A stretch of DNA of 15,350 bases, from NCBI GenBank assembly GCA_021399395.1, contig JAAFKJ010000056.1, forward strand, positions 1 to 15,350, given 5' to 3'. The stretch comes from Candidatus Heimdallarchaeota archaeon. Lineage in GTDB: Archaea > Asgardarchaeota > Heimdallarchaeia > Heimdallarchaeales > Heimdallarchaeaceae. The notes below the pieces were generated by a model. The model did no database searches. It had not been told where the DNA came from and saw only the letters and a list, made by a program, of their open reading frames with translations. How positions within the stretch are numbered: the stretch's first letter is position 1; each line of letters begins with the position of its first letter. Position numbers and translations under genes: made by a program. Below, piece after piece: positions 7,701 through 14,221 of the stretch.

Positions 7701-10500
7701 CAACTATGCTTAGATGATAAATACTAGGAGAAACACTTTCTAGTGTCTTTACTGGTGCAACAGATTTTATGGCATTTCTCAGATGTTTCACCGAAGAAAT
7801 CGGTAAATCTTTGTTTTTGTAGCTACGATTATTGAATATCCTTGTGACTAGCTCCTCATTAAACAAAGTCTCTTTTGTTCCTTCTTTTCCAAATACTTTA
7901 GCTAGTACTTGTTGGTGGAGTTCTCTTAATAGTGCGCTTCTATCTGAAATTTGGACAATATCTGAGACTCCTAATAATACTATACCATGAGCAAAGGGGC
8001 TTGGTATATCTGACAGAGGTGTAATCACATATTCAAATTCGTTTTTCTGTAATTTTTCAAGAACCACTAAACTATTAGTTAGATCCATGTAATCTCTTAA
8101 TATTTCTCTATAAGTTTCTTTGATAACACAGAAATCATCCATGTTTCTCAAAGTAGTAAATATCCTTCGTGCATACATGGTTTGTCGAGATACAGGAATG
8201 GTTCTATCTCTGATTCTTCTCAGAATCATTAGTGCTCTATTCGCAACATGCCTAAAACGGGTCAAGAAGAGTTCAGTATTAATTATGGCAGTCTTTAGTA
8301 TATTCTCAAGATTGTCTACTTTTATCAGACCCGGAATAATTGATGTATCAACAATCTTGTCAGCAGGTAGCATCAAAACAAAACCATTATCATTCACAGC
8401 TGAACCAACATCTGAGTCAAGTTGGGAACCTATTGCATATGCGAACGCCCTTGAGAGAGCATCGTTTACTCTTCGTCCATAATAGCCATGAAATACAAGA
8501 ACCATTCTTCCTTGTGGATCGATAAAAGATTCTACCAAGAGTTTCTTATCACTCGGAGTTACATTCAGAAACATGAGCTGTTCTTTGACATAATCTACAA
8601 TAGTTTGAGCTATAACATTATCTACTTGGAATGACCTTTCTATCCACTCGGTGACAGTTTTCTCCTCTTCCTTTTGTACTTTCTGAGCTACAACTTCAAT
8701 GAACCGCCCAATTTGTTGTGATAATTCAAAAGATCTAGGTAATTCTTCTCCAACCCAGTTCGGTATAGTAGGACGTTTACCAAATGCTTCAGACACAACA
8801 ACTTTGGAGCCTACAGTTCTTTTGAATTGATATGTGTGGCTCCCCAGTACAAATACATCTCCTGGTGTCAGTCTTTCTACAAAGCCCTCTGATAGTCTAC
8901 CTAGCCTTGTTCTATAAGTTTCTAATTCCACTCTATAATCAGCATTTTCTGGAATTGTTCCAAGGTTTGTATAAAAAGTCAATCGTGATCCTTTCTTTTT
9001 ACCAAAAGCATTTTCCTTGTGATCATACCAGATTTTTCTGTAAATCTTTCGTTCTTCAACCTCTAAGTTGTAGCCACCTAAATATTCCAGAACCTTTTGA
9101 TAGTCATCAAAATCTAGTGAATGATAATTGTATGATTTTCTTATTAAGGAGTAAGCTTCATCCACACTCCATCTTTTCATCAAGGAGATTCCAACAATGA
9201 ACTGTGAAAGAACATCTAAACAATCATGTGGTATCTGAACTTTGTCAATCTCTCTACTGTATGCACTCTTCGTTAGTACTGCACATTCAACAGCATCATC
9301 TCTATCAGTAGTTATTAGTCGTCCTTTAGCTATACGGTCTAATGAATGGCCACTTCTCCCTACTCTTTGAAGATATTTTGCCACTGTCTTCGGTGACCCT
9401 ATCTGGGCTACCAATTCAACACTACCAATATCAATCCCTAACTCTAAAGATGTTGAAGTGACTGCTGCAAGTAATTCATTATTCTTCAACCTATCTTCTA
9501 CATCTAGCCTGATTTCCCTTGAAAGACTGGAATGATGAACTGCTATAGAAGAAGAGTATTCATCTCCTAAGTATTCCTTAAGTTTGAATGAGACATTCTC
9601 GGCACCTTTACGAGTATTTGTGAAAACTATAGATGTTTCATGATCCATAATAAGATCAGAAAGCAGATTGTAGATCCCTTCCTGAATCATGATGTAAGGA
9701 GTGTGGAGGATGTCTTGAACTGGACTTTTTACCTCCAAATCCAATTTCCTTTGAGGAGGTAAATTCGCTATGTAACAGTCATTTTCTTTTCCTTTCTCAT
9801 CCATTCCTACAAGAAATCTAGCTATTTCTTCAATTGGTGCTTGTGTTGCAGATAATCCTATACGAGTAACATGTTTCTCTGCAATCTCTTGCTGTAAGTA
9901 TTCTAGAAATAAGGATAGGAATACCCCCCGTTTATTAGAACTAACCTCATGAATTTCATCTAGCACTATCCATCTGACACTCTTGAGATGTAGAGAGAAT
10001 TTTGGGGAAGTAAGTATTAACCCCAGACTTTCTGGTGTTGTAATCAAGATATGAGGGGGCTTCTTTAGCATACTTGACCTTTCAGCTTGACTTGTATCAC
10101 CTGTTCTAACTCCAACACGAATCTTAGGAGTAACCAAGTTATTTGAGGCTGCTAGTTCTTGAATGCCTTGCAAAGGTTCTTCTAGATTTTTCCTTATATC
10201 ATTTCCTAAGGCTTTCAATGGAGAGATGTAAAGAACGTATATTTCATCCTTCAATGTTCCTGCTTTAGCTTCAATGAAGAGCTCGTTTATAGCTGCTAGA
10301 AATGCTGCAAAGGTTTTCCCAGACCCAGTTGAACTAAAAATCAATGTATTTCTTCGATCATGAATAGAAGGTATAGCATACAATTGAGGAGGAGTAAAAC
10401 CACCAGGAAACTTAGATGTGAACCAATCCCTAATTTCATCTGCTAAGAAGGAATGAATGGAAACTGATGAAGATGGTTCATCTAAGTAATGGATGGTCAT
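4774..10500 (-). CDS. lhr: Lhr-family SF2 DNA/RNA helicase with a C-terminal extension of about 1040 aa made of AlkZ-like winged-helix repeats
   Basis: Q-motif FTPPQ, I SSTGSGKT, Ia YISPLKALGNDI, RTGDT, Ib ITTPESL, II DEIH, III GLSAT, IV VFTNTR, HHSSLS, V TSLELGIDIG, VI LQRVGRSGH. Lhr-typical GTIP, PTIPNWVGE, GRRVNDALSR and PSPFA are also present. The core ends near nt 7900. Confidence 0.95.
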   Translation of the reverse strand: MTIHYLDEPSSSVSIHSFLADEIRDWFTSKFPGGFTPPQLYAIPSIHDRRNTLIFSSTGSGKTFAAFLAAINELFIEAKAGTLKDEIYVLYISPLKALGNDIRKNLEEPLQGIQELAASNNLVTPKIRVGVRTGDTSQAERSSMLKKPPHILITTPESLGLILTSPKFSLHLKSVRWIVLDEIHEVSSNKRGVFLSLFLEYLQQEIAEKHVTRIGLSATQAPIEEIARFLVGMDEKGKENDCYIANLPPQRKLDLEVKSPVQDILHTPYIMIQEGIYNLLSDLIMDHETSIVFTNTRKGAENVSFKLKEYLGDEYSSSIAVHHSSLSREIRLDVEDRLKNNELLAAVTSTSLELGIDIGSVELVAQIGSPKTVAKYLQRVGRSGHSLDRIAKGRLITTDRDDAVECAVLTKSAYSREIDKVQIPHDCLDVLSQFIVGISLMKRWSVDEAYSLIRKSYNYHSLDFDDYQKVLEYLGGYNLEVEERKIYRKIWYDHKENAFGKKKGSRLTFYTNLGTIPENADYRVELETYRTRLGRLSEGFVERLTPGDVFVLGSHTYQFKRTVGSKVVVSEAFGKRPTIPNWVGEELPRSFELSQQIGRFIEVVAQKVQKEEEKTVTEWIERSFQVDNVIAQTIVDYVKEQLMFLNVTPSDKKLLVESFIDPQGRMVLVFHGYYGRRVNDALSRAFAYAIGSQLDSDVGSAVNDNGFVLMLPADKIVDTSIIPGLIKVDNLENILKTAIINTELFLTRFRHVANRALMILRRIRDRTIPVSRQTMYARRIFTTLRNMDDFCVIKETYREILRDYMDLTNSLVVLEKLQKNEFEYVITPLSDIPSPFAHGIVLLGVSDIVQISDRSALLRELHQQVLAKVFGKEGTKETLFNEELVTRIFNNRSYKNKDLPISSVKHLRNAIKSVAPVKTLESVSPSIYHLSIVDAKQIQAWSLALHNSGEFVEIYVAKGDRRSIPINNFQLYWNLYVKTLDEDEIDKTILEVLKDKSPISLNNLSEETDVPIKTLQKHIEKLERAMLITRTDYELYGGRVRNKYALAEKVIPKQLFQEAKKLDPEECLKKVLLRFLKVNGPSTLHQILEYLRIEEEKVQRALSELQSQNRVLKGKIIESSLEDQYIRLEDRELLRNLSNRKPDSIILTPEELNFIHYLFAVDDFLKAKLIGKDNILNLLNNFGTIEDLSSLSVRIQDYEIDWIRDLIEKNEIIQGRFSHRRLAYVSREMFQYYYVVYREPFQLTKVEEKIISTIRKYGPLTKREVKELTDLDDDIVQESLMILDKTLYLVRKSVTSETFIPRQFIPNVYDISERYVTVDKLPSIDKSQEFIMLKSIRSLGPVSLIELTHLLGLRYNDTEKIIKNLLKSNKIIEKKLTERETNYYMTNERFDEIVKIKTDLINIALSEEEKIVILPRDDPFTKLGMRLHLRDIYGEGQIDPVLLDGEMVGSIEYKLHKGQYLQVYDLKLNNSIIYNSIIIQKLAAELVNYTRKIHRVLSLQIEDINGKSVLSKSNQFIRDTLIKTGFKLVKDTLIGGDTVTKVFSRRLIDRNIMENLWLKKQTPALNSENLLQMISHFGFIDLKEIISRYPENMISVIVYLLNQLLKNRDVICQNNVFYSIQFARYRKSGIRIRRKMKGESEKIYNRIKKGIANKQSLLDNWEGTAATFKAALRILEENMLIGIESINNLFEPQEYWDIDSFIPEINKDISVVRKEYVYDIMGSLGVISEGQISQRAVIPGVLTKIRVKEVLASLIDEERILGGRFVENDTRFFYTTQENYDSLIMLEKKDDSKVDYSKKEERERYYLLNPKDLATVVLKANLYEQFGVSDENYIIVLDQKIAAQCNVDSMNQKRMIMKNIILAPWIHADSSLNYVINAMETIPNLENIDVNSIVVEKINGMPSHSLVK

Positions 10501-10527
10501 TTTGATAATGATTGACTCAGTTTTCAG

Positions 10528-10535
10528 TATTTATA
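10528..10535 (-). promoter_or_regulatory. TATA box (with purine-rich BRE-like sequence) for lhr
   Basis: Minus strand reads AAAGAGA-TATAAATA, ending about 27 nt before ATG 10500. Confidence 0.6.
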
Positions 10536-10579
10536 TCTCTTTATTACGAAGAAACAATTTCGAGAAAAAATTTTGGAAA

Positions 10580-11095
10580 TCAGAGTAAAGATTTCTCTTC
10601 TTCAATTTCTTCATTTGCTTGTTTTTGACCCCATTCCATTACATAAGCTGATTCCCCATCTCTATAATAATGCTTAAACTCCCGTTTGACATAGAAGCCG
10701 AGTTTCTTGTACATTTCAACAGCAGCGATATTCGAAACTCTTACTTCTAAATAAATAGTCTCGACATTATTTTCGATGAGTTTCTGTATCCCATATTTCA
10801 TAATTTTTACCCCCAGTCCTTTTCTTCTGTTTTCAGGGAGTACAGCTATTGAGATTACATGTCCTTTTGCTGGATTTAAGCCTATAAATGTTGAAAAAGG
10901 TCTTTCAACTCTTGAAAGAAGATATCCTAAAACTTTACCGTCTTCTATTCCCACAGCACAAGCAAAGCCAAATTCAGTTAATATTCTATAGAAGAAATCA
11001 AATGAATAGTTTTCTGGGAGACATAACCTATTTATCTTTATGATATCGTTGATGTCGCCAAGTTCTGCTTGTCTTACAATAGTAGATGGTTCCAT
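10580..11095 (-). CDS. ard1: Ard1/Naa10-like N-terminal acetyltransferase (GNAT; often annotated RimI)
   Basis: NRLCLPENY (cf. Naa10 NLxCLPENY), GHVISIAV, acetyl-CoA-binding RRKGLG, LEVRVSN, YYRDGESAY. Confidence 0.92.
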   Translation of the reverse strand: MEPSTIVRQAELGDINDIIKINRLCLPENYSFDFFYRILTEFGFACAVGIEDGKVLGYLLSRVERPFSTFIGLNPAKGHVISIAVLPENRRKGLGVKIMKYGIQKLIENNVETIYLEVRVSNIAAVEMYKKLGFYVKREFKHYYRDGESAYVMEWGQKQANEEIEEEKSLL

Positions 11096-11211
11096 TCTAT
11101 TCTCGGTTTGAATTTAATGAACTCTTTTTTCAACTTTTTGTTGAAGCTTTAAATCGATTACTCGTTTGTAATAATATTCTTAAAGCTAAAAAATGGAAAT
11201 TTCATACCACA

Positions 11212-12489
11212 ATGAACTCTGAGAATGAATCAAGTGAAGATGTAAGTATCTTCCATGAATTAATGAGAAAATTCAGTTATGCAGGGAGTCTTTACGAACA
11301 TTGGATAGACGTATTTGGAATTGAGTACATGTTCAAGTTGATCGATCATCTTCGAATGCCAATGAAATCATTGTGGATACAAGTCAATACAAATAAGATA
11401 GATTTTGATTCTCTTTTGGAGATTTTTGATGACCAAGGGTTTGTGGCTAGAAAACATGAATTATTTGATGATTTCATTAAAGTTGATATTGAGAAAAGAG
11501 AATTTGACGACAAACTAGAAGAAGACATACCAATTATCAAAGTTGACCATGAATCATCTACTGGAATTGCACTTGGTAAAGATGTTCAGACAGCAAATGT
11601 AACAAGTTATGATGAGTTCAATACTGGAGATAAACTGTGTATTTTAGATGGAGCTAGCAATCTGATTGCTAAAGGAGTAGCAGATGTAAATAGTTCAGAG
11701 ATATTGACGTTACCCCAAAGAAATGTTGTTAGTGTCAAGGATTCTATAGCTTATGCACCTCCTTTGACGGAAATGAGGGTTTATCGAAGAGGGTATTTCA
11801 ACATCTTGACTCCCATACAAGCAATTGGAGTGAAGTCTTTACCTTTAGGAATGAAAGATAATATTCTAGTAATGTCAACTGACAAAGGTAATGTTGCGAG
11901 CTACATAGCTGAATTAACCAAGAATAAAGTTCCAATTACAGTTGTAGCTCAAAATGAAATGCAAGTCAAAGCTATTAGAAAAAATCTTGAAAGAGCAAAG
12001 TCAAAAGCTATAAGAGTCCATCACACATCTTTTGGTGCATTTCTGAATGAACGTCATGAACTAAAATATACGGCAGCGTATGTTGAACCTCAAAATTCTC
12101 GAACAGCAATCATACCCGTATTTTCTTCAAATCTTGGATACGGATTATTAAAGAATTTAGCTGAGAAACAGAAGAGAATAATCACCAATCTTTACAAATG
12201 TCTACATAAACAAGCATCCATAGCTTATGTAACACATTCAATAGATTATTTTGAAAATGAAGAAGTTTTCAAAAGCATTTCAGAGAAAGCGTACTACAAG
12301 GTTGTTAAGCACAACGAAGAGATTAACAAACTGAAGGAACAAAACAAAATAAGTTCAAGAGAAATTCCAAAACAATATGCAAAAATTGGAGCAAAACTAA
12401 AGAAATCGACAATATATTTAGATCCAATTACAACAAATAATTCTGGTGGATTTGTAGCTAATTTCAATTTGAAAGAGAAATTAGATTAA
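11212..12489 (+). CDS. PUA-domain RsmB/NOP2/NSUN6-like protein, predicted catalytically inactive
   Basis: N-terminal IQVNTNK (cf. hRVNTLK), PUA-like segment VDHESSTGIALGKDV..GDKLCILD..LIAKG, then a Rossmann methyltransferase layout with degenerate motifs ILVMSTDKGN, VEPQNS, YVTHS..FENE and GGFVA. Start moved to ATG 11212 because the 11086 start overlaps the ard1 start and the divergent promoter. Confidence 0.8.
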   Translation: MNSENESSEDVSIFHELMRKFSYAGSLYEHWIDVFGIEYMFKLIDHLRMPMKSLWIQVNTNKIDFDSLLEIFDDQGFVARKHELFDDFIKVDIEKREFDDKLEEDIPIIKVDHESSTGIALGKDVQTANVTSYDEFNTGDKLCILDGASNLIAKGVADVNSSEILTLPQRNVVSVKDSIAYAPPLTEMRVYRRGYFNILTPIQAIGVKSLPLGMKDNILVMSTDKGNVASYIAELTKNKVPITVVAQNEMQVKAIRKNLERAKSKAIRVHHTSFGAFLNERHELKYTAAYVEPQNSRTAIIPVFSSNLGYGLLKNLAEKQKRIITNLYKCLHKQASIAYVTHSIDYFENEEVFKSISEKAYYKVVKHNEEINKLKEQNKISSREIPKQYAKIGAKLKKSTIYLDPITTNNSGGFVANFNLKEKLD

Positions 12490-12519
12490 CACAACAAAAG
12501 CAATTATTGCAAAAAATAA

Positions 12520-13095
12520 TTATTGTAAATGAGTATCAAGTTCATTTACTAGCCAGATAAATGCTTCTTTAATCCCTTTTCCATGTAGAATACTTGTGTC
12601 AAAAACTGCAAATGTTCTATCTTTTAGATCAAGATGTAATCCTAGCATCTGAATAAGCAAAGGAGCCTCAACCGCTCCAGGAAGATCCTGTTTATTGGCC
12701 ATGATGAGTGTTGGAACATTCTCCATATACGGATTGTTAAACACGTGTGTTTTGAGAACATCTCTTGCTTCAGGTAATCTTTCAATGTCTGCAGCATCGA
12801 TAACAAAAATAACAGCACTACATCCAGGATAGTGAGCTTCCCATAAGAAACGAAAGTGTGACTGCCCCGCCACATCAATAGCAGTAATAGTCCAACCTTC
12901 AAATTCAAACGACTCAATATTTTGTCCTATGGTTGGAGTTAGATTTTCAGCGAATTTACCAAACCTCATAAATCGGGTTAAGGTGGTCTTTCCTGCTGCG
13001 TCTAAACCCAATATCAAGATCTTTGCTTTCTGCTCTTTCTTAAGCTTCGCTCTCAACCATGAGGAAAAGGACCCGAACATACTCATGTGTGCCAT
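12520..13095 (-). CDS. Arf/Arl-family small GTPase (Asgard Arf-related type)
   Basis: G1 GLDAAGKTT (Arf signature), G2 PTIG, G3 DVAGQ followed by RFLW..Y, G4 ANKQD, G5 DTSI. The N-terminal segment MFGSFSSWLRAKL looks amphipathic. Possible starts are 13095, 13086 and 13080. Confidence 0.93.
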   Translation of the reverse strand: MAHMSMFGSFSSWLRAKLKKEQKAKILILGLDAAGKTTLTRFMRFGKFAENLTPTIGQNIESFEFEGWTITAIDVAGQSHFRFLWEAHYPGCSAVIFVIDAADIERLPEARDVLKTHVFNNPYMENVPTLIMANKQDLPGAVEAPLLIQMLGLHLDLKDRTFAVFDTSILHGKGIKEAFIWLVNELDTHLQ

Positions 13096-13127
13096 TCCGT
13101 GTTGTTATTTTACTTTTAGTAGTTGTT

Positions 13128-13135
13128 TTATAAAT
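13128..13135 (-). promoter_or_regulatory. TATA box for the Arf-like gene
   Basis: TTTATAAA on the minus strand about 32 nt upstream of ATG 13095. Confidence 0.5.
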
Positions 13136-13427
13136 CTTATTCTCTATTGCCTATGTCTGATTAATCTGGAGTTAAATTCTTATTAAAGTTTTTCCAGATA
13201 TGCAAGCGAGTTTAAGTGCACTAAAACCCCTTATACAATCCTTGACTTATTTTCTTGCTTTTTTGTCGGTAATAAAAAAAATTTGTTACAACTTCCATTA
13301 TTAACCTAGAGAATAAGTTAAATAAAAGACGTCTTTTCGGCAAGTTGGTTTTACCCTAATAACTAAATATTTTTAAGATGAAGCTAAGCTTGAATGTTGT
13401 AGCATTTAACGAGTTTTAGTGATTTAT

Positions 13428-13739
13428 ATGGCTCTTGAAACAATTGAGGACGAGGAACAAAAGGAAATTGTTTCCAAACAGATTAAAGTTGGTCCAGATC
13501 GACTAACTCGTTTTGAACGAGCTCGAATAGTTGGTGCTCGTGCATTACAACTTAGTATGGGCGCTCCGATTTTATTTGAAATTGAAAATGTTGAAAATAA
13601 ATCTCCGCTAGTTATTGCTGAGTTGGAATTAAGATCCAAAGTTCTGCCTTTAAGTATCCGAAGAACACAACCAAACAAGACATATCAGGTCATTGCTCTA
13701 CAAAGGTTAAGAGACATACAAGCTCTAAGAGAAATCTAA
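13428..13739 (+). CDS. rpoK: DNA-directed RNA polymerase subunit Rpo6/K (RPB6 homologue)
   Basis: LTRFERARIVGARALQLSMGAP, IAELEL and LPLSIRR. ATG 13428 is preceded by SD-like AGTGA; the ORF track uses GTG 13419. Confidence 0.96.
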   Translation: MALETIEDEEQKEIVSKQIKVGPDRLTRFERARIVGARALQLSMGAPILFEIENVENKSPLVIAELELRSKVLPLSIRRTQPNKTYQVIALQRLRDIQALREI

Positions 13740-13803
13740 TATTGATTCTCTAAAAAGGAAACAAATAAAAACTAGAACCATAGCGAAAGGATGAGTGATA
13801 CAA

Positions 13804-14109
13804 ATGGTCAAAATACCAGAAACAATGTTCAAATACTGTCCAAAGTGCGGAAAACATAAGACTATGAAAGTAAAACATGAAAAGTCTGCCAGAAGAAAAG
13901 GTGGTATGACTGCAATGGCACGTAGAGAAAAACGCACACGAAGAGGTTATGGTAATCAAGGTAGATTTAGCAAACGTCCAGTCACTCAAACCAAAATGGC
14001 ATCAAAGACTTCTAAGAAAGTTGATTTAAGAATGACTTGTGCTGACTGTGGTAAGAAATGGGTGTTTTCATATCCAAGAACAAAAAGAGTTGAAATGGTT
14101 AAGAAATAA
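13804..14109 (+). CDS. rpl42e: 50S ribosomal protein eL42 (L44e)
   Basis: Zn ribbon YCPKCGKH ... CADCGK, GYGNQGRFSK and KTSKKVDLR; very basic. ATG 13804 follows SD-like GAGTGAT. Confidence 0.95.
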   Translation: MVKIPETMFKYCPKCGKHKTMKVKHEKSARRKGGMTAMARREKRTRRGYGNQGRFSKRPVTQTKMASKTSKKVDLRMTCADCGKKWVFSYPRTKRVEMVKK

Positions 14110-14112
14110 CTA

Positions 14113-14169
14113 TTTCTAAGTTTTTTAATGAATTTTCTTTCCCTTTATTTTTAACAATTTTCTCTATTT
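14113..14169 (+). terminator. T-rich terminator region after rpl42e
   Basis: Several consecutive T-tracts directly after the stop codon at 14107-14109. Confidence 0.45.
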
Positions 14170-14221
14170 CTAAGCTCACTTCAAAGACCTTAAAAGGACA
14201 TCCAAGCCAGTTGGTCATAAT

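Noticed and set aside
5381-9200. Plus-strand ORFs 5381..5641, 8120..8482, 8340..8525 and 8832..9200
   Set aside because: They are antisense shadows inside lhr with no recognisable motifs.
11086-11211. 42-aa N-terminal extension of the NSUN-like ORF
   Set aside because: It overlaps the ard1 start and the divergent promoter; ATG 11212 has a TATA-like element at suitable spacing.
13096-13427. tRNA upstream of rpoK (common in other archaea)
   Set aside because: The region is AT-rich, with no cloverleaf stems or T-loop GTTCRA motif seen.
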